Shown here piece after piece: positions 19,082 through 28,406 of a DNA stretch of 64,000 bases. The stretch is from the NCBI GenBank assembly GCA_032250835.1, contig JAVVEA010000015.1, positions 22,758 to 86,757 of the forward strand, given 5' to 3'. The position numbers and the translations under genes were made by a program. The DNA is from a bacterium (GTDB taxonomy: Bacteria; SAR324; XYD2-FULL-50-16). Position 1 is the first letter of the stretch. The number at the start of each line of letters is the position of its first letter. A model generated the notes under the pieces. It was not told where the DNA came from. It was given only the letters and a program-made list of their open reading frames with translations, and made no database searches.

Positions 19082-20103
19082 AATTGACCCTACGCAAACC
19101 CGACGATTTCCACCTGCATCTGCGCGAAGGGGACCGGATGGCCGCAGTGGTGCAAGACTCAGCCCGCTGGTGCCGCCGCGCCCTGATCATGCCCAACCTC
19201 AAGGAGCCGGTACGCAGCACCCAGGCGGCATTGGATTACCGTGACGAAATTTTAGCCGCCTTACCTCAGGGCGGCTTTGAGCCTTTGATGAGCCTCTACC
19301 TAACCGACCGAACCACACCAGCCGAGATCAGCCAAGCCAAAGCTAGCGGGGCGGTGGTGGCCGCCAAGTTGTATCCTCAAGGGGCAACCACTAATTCAGA
19401 TCTGGGCGTAAGCCATATTGAAGGACTTTATCCGGTCTTAGAAGCCTTAGAAAAAACCGGTATGGTACTCTGCATCCACGGCGAAGTGACCGCGCCGGAG
19501 GTGGATATCTTCGACCGAGAAGCGGTTTTTTTAGATCAGGTTTTGGACCCACTGGTCCGGCAGTTTCCGGGTTTGAAGGTGGTGTTGGAGCATGTCACTA
19601 CCGCTGAAGGAGTGGCGTTCGTCGAAGCGGGCGGTCCTAATCTGGCGGGAACCTTAACGGCGCACCATCTGCTGATCAATCGCAACGACCTCTTGGTTGG
19701 CGGCATCAAGCCCCACCATTACTGTTTGCCCGTTGCCAAACGTGAAAAGCACCGCAAGGCGTTACTGAAGGCGGCGACTTCGGGCAGCCCCAAATTTTTC
19801 TTAGGCAGCGATTCGGCCCCGCACCCCCAATCGGCTAAAGAATGCGCTAGCGGCTGTGCTGGGGTTTATACCGGCTATGCGCTGCTACCCTACTACGCCG
19901 CTGCTTTTGAATCCGCTGGGGCCTTAGAGGCTTTAGAAGATTTTGCTTCGCGTTTTGGGGCGGAATTTTACGGCTTACCGCTAAATGAAGAATCTTTGAC
20001 TCTAGTGCGTGAACCCTATCTGATTCCGAACAGCCTGGAGTATGGTTCGGATGCACTTATTCCCTTCTGGGCCGGGCAACAGGTTGCCTGGAAACTTCAA
20101 TGA
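19078..20103 (+). CDS. pyrC: Dihydroorotase (homodimeric type)
   Basis: PDDFHLHLR, MPNL, KLYPQGATTNS, HGEVT, LEHVTT, CLPVAK, LGSDSAPH. Confidence 0.96.
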   Translation: MKLTLRKPDDFHLHLREGDRMAAVVQDSARWCRRALIMPNLKEPVRSTQAALDYRDEILAALPQGGFEPLMSLYLTDRTTPAEISQAKASGAVVAAKLYPQGATTNSDLGVSHIEGLYPVLEALEKTGMVLCIHGEVTAPEVDIFDREAVFLDQVLDPLVRQFPGLKVVLEHVTTAEGVAFVEAGGPNLAGTLTAHHLLINRNDLLVGGIKPHHYCLPVAKREKHRKALLKAATSGSPKFFLGSDSAPHPQSAKECASGCAGVYTGYALLPYYAAAFESAGALEALEDFASRFGAEFYGLPLNEESLTLVREPYLIPNSLEYGSDALIPFWAGQQVAWKLQ

Positions 20104-20133
20104 TTTAAGTGGCTTGTTTTGATTTTGGCGGAA

Positions 20134-20187
20134 ATAAGGAAAACACCTGATTTATTCTTGCCATATTTCAGGAAATTCCCCTATACT
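20134..20187 (+). promoter_or_regulatory. Putative sigma70 promoter with two similar 18-bp imperfect palindromes
   Basis: TTGCCA(20158)-N18-TATACT(20182); ATAAGG-AAAACA-CCTGAT at 20134 and TTCAGG-AAATTC-CCCTAT at 20167. Confidence 0.45.
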
Positions 20188-20242
20188 CGAAATGACAGGA
20201 GAGCAGAAGGAAGGCCTCTTAAACTTTTGAGGAGGAGAATGC

Positions 20243-20467
20243 ATGAACCGTCTACGCCAAAATAGTGTCTGGTTGGATTCATTGTTTGAGGCTCAATCGG
20301 AGTTGCTGAACATGCCTTGCCATAAAGGCGACCACGCCCAAAGCTGCCGTGAACAAGATGTTCCCGGTTGCGACAAGGAGCGTTGCGCCCACTTATTACA
20401 GAGGACCCAGGAAGCCCAGGTCCGCTTGGCCCAAAAGGGCTACCCCCAGTTTGGCCTGAGCGCCTAG
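20243..20467 (+). CDS. Small hypothetical Cys/His-rich protein (74 aa)
   Basis: Strong SD (GAGGAGGAG), own promoter, fills the gap to the convergent SDR stop; 4 Cys and 3 His clustered. Confidence 0.6.
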   Translation: MNRLRQNSVWLDSLFEAQSELLNMPCHKGDHAQSCREQDVPGCDKERCAHLLQRTQEAQVRLAQKGYPQFGLSA

Positions 20468-20468
20468 T

Positions 20469-21203
20469 TCACACGTTGTAGCCGCCGCTGACGATAAAAT
20501 TATTACCTGTTTGGTAGGTCGAGTCTTCGCGGAAGATGAGATCGAAAATGGGGAATAGGTCTGCATACAAGCCGAAACGCCCTTGGGGGATGTATTCAGC
20601 GGGGTCTTCGGACTCCATCACGATCGAATTAAACAAGGTCCCTGGACTGATCACGTTCACGCTGATTTGCTCTGGACCCCATTGGGCCGCGAGGCTGCGG
20701 CTAAAGGAAATCACCCCCATTTTTGCGATATGGTAAGCCCAGGCTTTAGCGCTGGTGACCCGTTCGCCCTTGGCGTAAGCAAAATTAACCACCCGGGGCC
20801 GCTTAGATTTGCGCAGCAACGGGTAGGCTCCTTGGCACATCAAGAAAACCGAATCCATATTGTTGGAAAACACCTGTTTATAGTCTTCGAAGGAGGTCTC
20901 TAAGATCGGTGCTTCATGATAGTCCCCCACAACGTTGATCAGGCCATCGAGACGGTCGGTTTCCTGTCCGATCTTTTTATATAGAGCTTTGACCGATGCT
21001 GGATCGGTTACATCGGCCTGGATCGGACGGGCCATCTGGGGCCCGAATTCCGAAACCAATTCTTCGGCTCCTTGGTGGTTGGAATGGTAGTTTAAATAAA
21101 CCTGGGCTCCACGGCTCAGCAGATACCTGGCGATAGCCCCACCGGTACGGGTGGCCGAGGCGGTCATTAAGATCACCGTTCCGTCAAAGTTCCTTGAATT
21201 CAT
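20469..21203 (-). CDS. Short-chain dehydrogenase/reductase (SDR)
   Basis: Atypical TASATRTG nucleotide motif, QADVTD, YHIAK catalytic motif, VNVISPG, VSGG end. Confidence 0.85.
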   Translation of the reverse strand: MNSRNFDGTVILMTASATRTGGAIARYLLSRGAQVYLNYHSNHQGAEELVSEFGPQMARPIQADVTDPASVKALYKKIGQETDRLDGLINVVGDYHEAPILETSFEDYKQVFSNNMDSVFLMCQGAYPLLRKSKRPRVVNFAYAKGERVTSAKAWAYHIAKMGVISFSRSLAAQWGPEQISVNVISPGTLFNSIVMESEDPAEYIPQGRFGLYADLFPIFDLIFREDSTYQTGNNFIVSGGYNV

Positions 21204-21404
21204 ATCCAGCGTAGGGGAATGGGTTGGGTGTAGGTTAGTATAGCGGGCTTGGCGCGAGCTGGGAAGACTGGGATGGGCATAGTCGGCAGCACTGAACGAT
21301 TGATCACGTAATAAGCTGTAAATATTATTTAAATTAATGTAAAATATTCGGTTGATTTCAGCGCTCCCTGTGGCACACTAGGCTTTTGCATACCCAGGCA
21401 GACT

Positions 21405-22820
21405 ATGTGCGGCGTATTTGGTTTTACTGGTCATCCCGAGGCGAAACAGATTCTTCCGGTCATTTTGGCCAGTCTGCAACACCGCGGGCACGACGCAACC
21501 GGGATTGCCGGTTTGGTCGCCGAAGGACCTAACTGTATCGACACCATCAAGGAGATGGGCCGCGCCAGCCGTGCCATCACCACCGCTAAGCTCGATAAGT
21601 TCATTGGCGACAGCTTCATCGCCCATACCCGCTATTCGACCCGTAATTCTTCTTCTTCGCTGCGCGAGATCCATCCCCACTGGGCCCAGAGCATGCAGGG
21701 CCGTTTGGTGATCGTCACCAATGGTGATTTGCTCAACGTTGACGAGCTGCTAGAATACATCGCCAAACGCAAGGTAAAGGTTTACACCAAAAACGACGCC
21801 GAGATCATCGCCGCCTTGATCAACATCCAAATCCGGCTGCGTGGGATGGACATGATGGAGTCCATCACCGAGGTGATGCGCCTGACCAAAGGCGGCTACG
21901 CCGGGGTGGTGATGACCGAAGACGACCCCAATATTTATGCCTTCAGGGACCCCTGGGGCATCCGTCCTTTGCATTACGCGGAGTTTAACTTGGGCGGGCA
22001 GCTTTGCCGTGCCGTCTCCAGCGAAACCTGTTCCTTTGACCTGATCCAGCGATACGACGCCGTCAAATATCCTGACGGAGCCTACCAGACCCGTGAAGTG
22101 GCGCCTGGGGAGATCATATCCTTCTCTAAAGAAGGCACCCCGACCAACCGCTTCCATTCTACCCGTTTCCCTGACCAGTTGGGCTGTGTCTTTGAAGCCA
22201 TCTATTTCTCCCGGCCAGACAGTATCTTACGGGGGGTGACTTACCAGACCCTGCGCGAGCGGATGGGCAAACAATTATTTCAGGAAGCTGGGGTCGAGGC
22301 AGACTTGGTGACCGCCGTGCCCAAAGGGGGCATCCCTTCGGCAGTAGGTTATGCCAAAGCAGCGGGCCTACCCTATTCAGTGGCGATTCTAGAAGAGCCT
22401 TCGACCGGGGGCTTGCGTAGCTTCACCACCAACCCCAAAGACCGCATGGCTTTAGCTAAGATGAAGTATAGCATCTTAAAAGATGTGGTCTTAGATAAAC
22501 GCGTGGTGGTGGTTGATGATTCGATTGTGCGCGGCACCACCGCCAAGCTTTTGGTTAAAAGTCTTTATGAGGCCGGAGCCAAAGAGGTGCATTTGCGGAT
22601 TCCCTGTCCGCCATACAACCATCCCTGCCACTACGGCATCGAAACAAAGGACCCGAAGACCCTGCTCAGCCATGGGCGCAGTAACCAAGAAATCTGCGAG
22701 ATTTTGGGGGCCCATTCGCTTTATTATCTCTCCATTGATGGACTTTACGAGGCCTTAGACATGGAGCGCAGTAAGTTCTGCGACGAATGCCTTTCGGGCC
22801 GCCAGCCTTTCGATATTTAG
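21405..22820 (+). CDS. purF: Amidophosphoribosyltransferase
   Basis: N-terminal MCGVFG (Ntn Cys), LQHRG, HTRYST, CVFEAIYFSRPDS, VDDSIVRGTT, Fe-S cysteines (PCHYGI, FCDEC). Confidence 0.93.
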   Translation: MCGVFGFTGHPEAKQILPVILASLQHRGHDATGIAGLVAEGPNCIDTIKEMGRASRAITTAKLDKFIGDSFIAHTRYSTRNSSSSLREIHPHWAQSMQGRLVIVTNGDLLNVDELLEYIAKRKVKVYTKNDAEIIAALINIQIRLRGMDMMESITEVMRLTKGGYAGVVMTEDDPNIYAFRDPWGIRPLHYAEFNLGGQLCRAVSSETCSFDLIQRYDAVKYPDGAYQTREVAPGEIISFSKEGTPTNRFHSTRFPDQLGCVFEAIYFSRPDSILRGVTYQTLRERMGKQLFQEAGVEADLVTAVPKGGIPSAVGYAKAAGLPYSVAILEEPSTGGLRSFTTNPKDRMALAKMKYSILKDVVLDKRVVVVDDSIVRGTTAKLLVKSLYEAGAKEVHLRIPCPPYNHPCHYGIETKDPKTLLSHGRSNQEICEILGAHSLYYLSIDGLYEALDMERSKFCDECLSGRQPFDI

Positions 22821-23123
22821 TCCTTTCACCACCTCTGCTGCTGCTTTATTTCTTTGGATTTTTTCGGGAGACCCTCGTCCTTTTTTTTGGTCTATTCGAA
22901 TTGTCGCATATACGACCTTTCAAACGTTGTTTTGAAATCGGTAAGGGTTCTTTGCCTCTCGCTTGGAGGTCTGTTGTATTTTTTTTACACAACCTACTTG
23001 TGAAGGTTTGCCAAAGAGTATTTTTTTAGTTAAGTTCGGACCGATTTGAGCTTGTGTTGCGGGCTACCGGGTCTAAAGAGCTCGGGCGCTCCACAGGAAA
23101 CAAACTATATTTTGGATTGTTCT

Positions 23124-23525
23124 ATGCTGTTTAACTTCGGCGTAGCCGCGACCTTCCTGGTCGTCATGGCCGCCTTCTTGGGTGTCAACCTCTTGGTTGC
23201 CCGATTGCTGAGCCCCCAAGCGCCCAGTGCCGAGAAGGCCGCACCCTATGACTGTGGTGAAGCTCCGGTGGGTGTGGGTTACCGACAGTTTAACCTGCGC
23301 TTTTATCTAGTCGCTTTGATCTTCGTGATCTTCGATGTGGAGATTGCCTTCATGTATCCGGTGACCGTGGTTTTTAAGGACCTGACCTTTGATGGATACG
23401 GCAGTCTGGCCTTTGTGGAGATCGGTATCTTCGTGTTGATTCTGACCGTTGGGTTTGTCTACGCCTGGAGCGTAGGTGCCCTTGACTGGGTCCGCGAACA
23501 GCTCCAAGAGGAGACTAAATCATGA
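23124..23525 (+). CDS. nuoA: Complex I subunit A
   Basis: [34 protein letters not shown]. Start set at ATG 23124. Confidence 0.93.
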   Translation: MLFNFGVAATFLVVMAAFLGVNLLVARLLSPQAPSAEKAAPYDCGEAPVGVGYRQFNLRFYLVALIFVIFDVEIAFMYPVTVVFKDLTFDGYGSLAFVEIGIFVLILTVGFVYAWSVGALDWVREQLQEETKS

Positions 23526-24013
23526 ACAACCTACTCAACACCTTCGATAACGACGGGATCGTCTTGACCACTTTGGATCAAGCACTCAACTGGACCCGTG
23601 CCAATAGCTTGTTTTACATGCTCTTTGGTTTGGCTTGTTGCGGTATCGAGATGATGCAGACCGGCGGCCCCCGCGGCGACCTGGACCGGTTCGGCTCGGT
23701 TCCAAGGGCTTCACCGCGCCAATCTGATTTGATGATTGTGGCCGGTACGGTGACCTTAAAGATGGCCAGCCGCGTTAAGGTGCTCTATGATCAAATGCCT
23801 GAACCGAAATATGTCATCTCCATGGGGAGTTGTTCGAATACTGGCGGCTTGTTCCAACCCGGCTACTCGGTGCTTCACGGTGTTGACCGGGTGATTCCGG
23901 TGGATGTTTACCTGCCCGGTTGCCCGCCGCGGCCCGAAGCTTTGACTTCTGCGCTGATCGAGATCCAAAAGCGGATCATGGCCGAGCGTTACCTTCGCAA
24001 GCAAAAGGACTAA
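23522..24013 (+). CDS. nuoB: Complex I subunit B
   Basis: [30 protein letters not shown]. Confidence 0.96.
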   Translation: MNNLLNTFDNDGIVLTTLDQALNWTRANSLFYMLFGLACCGIEMMQTGGPRGDLDRFGSVPRASPRQSDLMIVAGTVTLKMASRVKVLYDQMPEPKYVISMGSCSNTGGLFQPGYSVLHGVDRVIPVDVYLPGCPPRPEALTSALIEIQKRIMAERYLRKQKD

Positions 24014-24022
24014 GGAGTGCCC

Positions 24023-24520
24023 ATGGAGACCCAAAACATCCTCCCGCTACTCCAAAGCAAGACCCAAGGGGCCTTGGAGTTGATCGAAGACGCCTATGGC
24101 GCTACGATCAAGGTCCCGGCCGAGGCCTTGTTGGAGGTTTGCCGCGCCGCTAAAGAATCGCCGGAACTAGCCTTTGACTGTTTGATGAGCCAAACGGGCA
24201 GCCACGTAGGCGAGTCGATCCAACTTTTTTATGTGCTCTTTTCCTACCAGCACAAACATGAGTTGATCTTGACCAGCGAGGTCCCCTTGGGCGGAAGTAT
24301 CGACAGCGTTGCCGGCCTTTGGGCGATTGCCGATTGGCTTGAGCGCGAAACCTTTGACCTATTAGGGGTGAGCTTTAAGGGCCACCCGGACCTGCGCCGG
24401 ATTATGTTGCCTGAAGACTGGGAAGGGCATCCGTTGCTGAAGGACTACCCGACTCCGATGGAGTACAACGGGATTGACAATAGTCCTTCAGAAATCACTC
24501 AAAGCTTTAAAGTGAAATAA
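24023..24520 (+). CDS. nuoC: Complex I subunit C
   Basis: ADWLERETFDLLGVSFKGHPDLRRIMLPEDWEGHPLLKDY. Confidence 0.95.
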   Translation: METQNILPLLQSKTQGALELIEDAYGATIKVPAEALLEVCRAAKESPELAFDCLMSQTGSHVGESIQLFYVLFSYQHKHELILTSEVPLGGSIDSVAGLWAIADWLERETFDLLGVSFKGHPDLRRIMLPEDWEGHPLLKDYPTPMEYNGIDNSPSEITQSFKVK

Positions 24521-24531
24521 GGAGCCACCAG

Positions 24532-25653
24532 ATGGGTAAGTCGCTCAAAACCGAGATCATGACCATCAACATGGGTCCCCAACACCCCTCGACCCATGGT
24601 GTGATTCGGTTTATTATCAAAACGGACGGTGAAATCATCCACGAGTGTATCCCCGATGTGGGCTACCTGCACCGCTCGATCGAGAAAATTGCCGAGGCGG
24701 TAAGCTGGCAAGGCTTTGTGCCTTATACGGACCGGGTGGACTATCTGGCCGCTATGAACGCCAACTGGGCTTATTGTACGGCCGTCGAGAAGATGATTGG
24801 AGCCGAGGTTCCCCGCCGGGCCGAGTTTATCCGCGTGATTGTCGGCGAGCTCAACCGTATCTCTAGCCACCTGATTGCCATCGGTGCCACGGCCATGGAC
24901 TTAGGGGCCTTCACTCCCTTTATCCAACTATTGCGAGAACGCGAGTACATCAACGACTTGCTGGAGATGGCCTGCGGTGCACGTCTGACCTATAACTACA
25001 TCAGCATTGGTGGGGTCAACTGGGATGTACCGCCGAACTGGACCGAGAAGATTGGCGAGTTCTTAGACCATTTTGAGTTGGCGATGGAGCAGATGAACCG
25101 GTTGATTTCTTATAACCGTATCTTCATCAACCGGATGGCCAACTTGGCGACGGTCTCGGCCGAGACCGCCATTGACTATTGCTTCGTGGGGCCGAACCTA
25201 CGTGCTTCGGGCGTCAAATACGATCTGCGTAAAGACATCCCCTACAGTGTATACCCCGAGTTGGATTTTGAAATTCCCGTCGGCGAAGGCCGCGAAGGGG
25301 CCGTAGGCGATTGCTATGACCGCTACTATGTAAGGGCCATGGAAATCCGCGAATCGATCAAAATCTTACGCCAAGCGCTTAAGATGATGCCCGAAGGCGA
25401 ATTTCAAGGCAAAGTAAAAAACAACATCAAACCCGAAGCTGGCGTGGCTTATGTCCGCCACGAAACGCCCCGAGGCGATACGGGATATTTGATTCAAGCA
25501 GATCAAAAAACTTCACCTTACCGATTGAAGATCCGTACCGGAAGCTTCACGGCCATGGCGGCGATACCCGAACTAGCCCAAGGCGTCTTCATTGCCGACT
25601 TGGTGGCCATTATCGGATCTTTGGACGTGGTCGCACCGGAACTGGACCGTTAA
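24532..25653 (+). CDS. nuoD: Complex I subunit D
   Basis: NMGPQHPSTHGVIR, GYLHRSIEK, DRVDY, ELNRISSHL, GSLDVVAPELDR; no NiFe CxxC motifs. Confidence 0.95.
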   Translation: MGKSLKTEIMTINMGPQHPSTHGVIRFIIKTDGEIIHECIPDVGYLHRSIEKIAEAVSWQGFVPYTDRVDYLAAMNANWAYCTAVEKMIGAEVPRRAEFIRVIVGELNRISSHLIAIGATAMDLGAFTPFIQLLREREYINDLLEMACGARLTYNYISIGGVNWDVPPNWTEKIGEFLDHFELAMEQMNRLISYNRIFINRMANLATVSAETAIDYCFVGPNLRASGVKYDLRKDIPYSVYPELDFEIPVGEGREGAVGDCYDRYYVRAMEIRESIKILRQALKMMPEGEFQGKVKNNIKPEAGVAYVRHETPRGDTGYLIQADQKTSPYRLKIRTGSFTAMAAIPELAQGVFIADLVAIIGSLDVVAPELDR

Positions 25654-25665
25654 CCGACGAGTAAA

Positions 25666-26919
25666 ATGCTGATCGAATCCATGACTTCCCTGGGCGTCCC
25701 CGAACTGGTGGCGCAATTGATCTACGCCGGATTGGTGGCCTTTATGTGCATCAACTTCGTGGCGGTATACGCCGGTTTGATCTCGGTGGTGGAACGCCGT
25801 GTGGCCGCTAAGATGCAGTCACGGGTCGGACCTAACCGGGTAGGGCCCAATGGCTGGTTGCAGTGGCTGGCCGACGGCGTCAAATTGATCTTAAAGGAAG
25901 ACCTGATCCCCGCAGGGGCTGACCGCTTGCTGTTTAAAGCGGCCCCGATGATTATGGCAGTGGGTGTGGCGGCGTCCTTTGCGGTGTTGCCTTGGGGACC
26001 GGCTCATGCAATCGCCGCGGACCTGAACGTGGGGATCTTATACCTGATCTCCATTTCGGCATTGGTGGTCATTGGTATCTTGATGGCCGGTTGGGCTTCT
26101 AACAACAAATGGTCGCTTTTAGGCGGCATGCGTGCGGCGGCCCAGATCGTTACCTATGAAGTGCCGGTGGCCATGGGCTTGCTACCAGCGATCATGATTG
26201 CTGGCTCCTTGGCCGTTAGTGACTTGGTCAACGCTCAAGGTTGGGCTCCCTGGGACTGGGTAGCCTTCGATAACCCCTTCGCCATGTTGGGCTTTCTTTT
26301 GTTCCTTACGGGCAGCGTTGCTGAATCAAACCGGACGCCTTTCGACTTGACCGAAGCTGAATCAGAGTTGGTGGCCGGTTACTCGACTGAGTATTCAGGC
26401 TTCCGCTTTGCCATGTTCACGCTTGGTGAATTTGCCAACACTTGGGTGGTTGGGGCTATCTCTGCGGCTATCTTTCTTGGTGGCGGCTTGGTTCCCCCGA
26501 TATTAGCCAATGTCCCCGGTGCTGCGGTAGGCGTGTTCATACTCAAGACCTTGTTTATGGTCTTTGTGTTGATGTGGTTCCGCTGGACTCTGCCGCGCTT
26601 CAGAATTGACCAGATGATGGACTTCTCCTGGAAGTACATGTTACCCCTGGCGCTGTTGGCCTTCTTTGGCCAGTCGATCTACTTCTTGGCTACCTGGGAC
26701 AGCCTAGTGGCTCAGTCGGTAGTCAGCCATCTGATGGTGCTGATCTTTCTGGGCGTCTTCTTTGTCTTCATCAACCGCGTGTTGATCAACTACCGCCACC
26801 AAGCAACGGTGGTGAACAGCTATAAGACCGAAACGGACTATTTGGTGAAGACCGGCAAGATCGTTTTAGCGGCCCCGAAAGAGGCCGCCGCCGATTCATC
26901 AGAGCAGGAGGAAGGATAA
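25666..26919 (+). CDS. nuoH: Complex I subunit H
   Basis: ERRVAAKMQSRVGPNRVG, ADGVKLILKE, AESNRTPFDLTEAESELVAGY, TLPRFRIDQ; C-terminal extension. Confidence 0.95.
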   Translation: MLIESMTSLGVPELVAQLIYAGLVAFMCINFVAVYAGLISVVERRVAAKMQSRVGPNRVGPNGWLQWLADGVKLILKEDLIPAGADRLLFKAAPMIMAVGVAASFAVLPWGPAHAIAADLNVGILYLISISALVVIGILMAGWASNNKWSLLGGMRAAAQIVTYEVPVAMGLLPAIMIAGSLAVSDLVNAQGWAPWDWVAFDNPFAMLGFLLFLTGSVAESNRTPFDLTEAESELVAGYSTEYSGFRFAMFTLGEFANTWVVGAISAAIFLGGGLVPPILANVPGAAVGVFILKTLFMVFVLMWFRWTLPRFRIDQMMDFSWKYMLPLALLAFFGQSIYFLATWDSLVAQSVVSHLMVLIFLGVFFVFINRVLINYRHQATVVNSYKTETDYLVKTGKIVLAAPKEAAADSSEQEEG

Positions 26920-26923
26920 CCCC

Positions 26924-27562
26924 ATGAATATGACCCCCAAAGGCTCTCCGGTGAAGGTTTACTTCAATAACGTGCTCAACGGCATCAGCAGCATGTTTGA
27001 AGGGATGAGCATCACCTTAGCCAGCATGTTCACCCGCGCGCAAACTGTGCAGTATCCCGAGGTGGACCCCCGCTCGGTGGCTTCACAACGCCAAAACTAT
27101 AAAGGTAATTTCCGGGGCATGCCCGAGAATTACCGTGGATTGTTGGACGTTGAGATGGACATCTGCACCGCCTGCTTGATCTGCATGCGGGCCTGCCCGA
27201 TCGACTGCATCGTGATCACCAACGTCAAATGCGACAAGCGGGTGTTCAACGGACGCAGCGGCAAAAAGGCGGTCCAGACCCGCGCGGCTACCCGCTTTGA
27301 TATTGATCTGGGTAAGTGCATGTTCTGTGGACTTTGCACCCTGCCCTGCCCGACCGGTGCGATCTTCCATACCAATGAGTTCGCCTGGAACAAAGAAGAC
27401 TTAGATAGTTTGGTCAAACGTTTCGTAGACCCAGAAACCGGGGCCGCTGCACAGAAGCGGGCCGAAGAAATTGCCCAGGAAGAAATAGCTGCTAAGGCTG
27501 CTAAAGCTGCTGCTAAAGAGGCAGAGCCTAGCAGTGGCGATAGCTCATCCGAGGAGTCTTAA
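26924..27562 (+). CDS. nuoI: Complex I subunit I (2x[4Fe-4S])
   Basis: TVQYPE, CTACLICMRACP, CMFCGLCTLPCP. Confidence 0.93.
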   Translation: MNMTPKGSPVKVYFNNVLNGISSMFEGMSITLASMFTRAQTVQYPEVDPRSVASQRQNYKGNFRGMPENYRGLLDVEMDICTACLICMRACPIDCIVITNVKCDKRVFNGRSGKKAVQTRAATRFDIDLGKCMFCGLCTLPCPTGAIFHTNEFAWNKEDLDSLVKRFVDPETGAAAQKRAEEIAQEEIAAKAAKAAAKEAEPSSGDSSSEES

Positions 27563-27566
27563 CCAG

Positions 27567-28064
27567 ATGGTACAGAATATATTTTTCTTGATTGTGTTGG
27601 TCTTCACCTTGGGCATGGGCCTTTACGTAACGGTGGGGCAAAACTTGATCCGTTCAGCCTTCGCGCTTTTCTTTACGCTCTTTGGCATGGCCGGGTTTTA
27701 TATTTTGCTTGGTGGTGACTTCATTGCCATGGTCCAATTGTTGGTTTACGCAGGCGGCATTGCCGTACTCTTGACCTTCGGGGCTATGTTGACCGCTGAG
27801 GTGGACAGCCCCTTCCAGTCAAACCAGTTATTTAATGGTTTTTGGACCTTTGTTAGTGGGGTGGGCTTCTTCTCGCTGATCTATTACGTCTTGATGGAGA
27901 CTGACTGGCCCTTAAAGGCGGCAAACTACCATGAGCCGACCACCAAAGAGATTGGCCGGTTGTTGCTCCAGCAATACATCTTACCCTTCGAGGTGATCTC
28001 CTTTTTGTTGCTAGTGGCCATGGTGGGCGCGATCTTCTTAGTTCAAAAGGGGGACCGACAATGA
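27567..28064 (+). CDS. nuoJ: Complex I subunit J
   Basis: QLLVYAGGIAVL, YILPFEVISFLLLVAMVGAI. Confidence 0.93.
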   Translation: MVQNIFFLIVLVFTLGMGLYVTVGQNLIRSAFALFFTLFGMAGFYILLGGDFIAMVQLLVYAGGIAVLLTFGAMLTAEVDSPFQSNQLFNGFWTFVSGVGFFSLIYYVLMETDWPLKAANYHEPTTKEIGRLLLQQYILPFEVISFLLLVAMVGAIFLVQKGDRQ

Positions 28065-28372
28065 GCTTAACCCTGATTTTGGCGGCCAGTACCGCCCTCT
28101 TTGCTTTGGGCACGGTGATGTTCATCTCCCGCAAAAACAGCATCGCCATCTTGATGGGTGTTGAATTGCTGATGAACGCAGCGGCCTTGAATTTTATGGG
28201 CTTTTCTTATTACAGTCCGGCCAAGGATCATCCCTTGGACGGTCAGATATTCGCCCTCTTTATCATCTTGATTGCTGCGGCCGAAGCAGTGGTAGCCCTA
28301 GGCATCGCCATTGCGGTCTATAAAGAATACGCGCACGTTCAGGCCGACCAACTGAATCAGTTGGAAGGATAG
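28061..28372 (+). CDS. nuoK: Complex I subunit K
   Basis: LMGVELLMNAAALN, GQIFALF, AAAEAVVALGI. Confidence 0.95.
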   Translation: MSLTLILAASTALFALGTVMFISRKNSIAILMGVELLMNAAALNFMGFSYYSPAKDHPLDGQIFALFIILIAAAEAVVALGIAIAVYKEYAHVQADQLNQLEG

Positions 28373-28406
28373 CCGAAGTTTTGGAACCTAACGGAACGAA
28401 AAAACC

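Noticed and set aside
23522-25653. Group 4 [NiFe]-hydrogenase interpretation of the nuo-like cluster
   Set aside because: The large subunit lacks both Ni-binding CxxC motifs (DRVDY and SLDVVAPELDR instead) and has the quinone-site HPSTHG. NuoB has the tandem CC of complex I.
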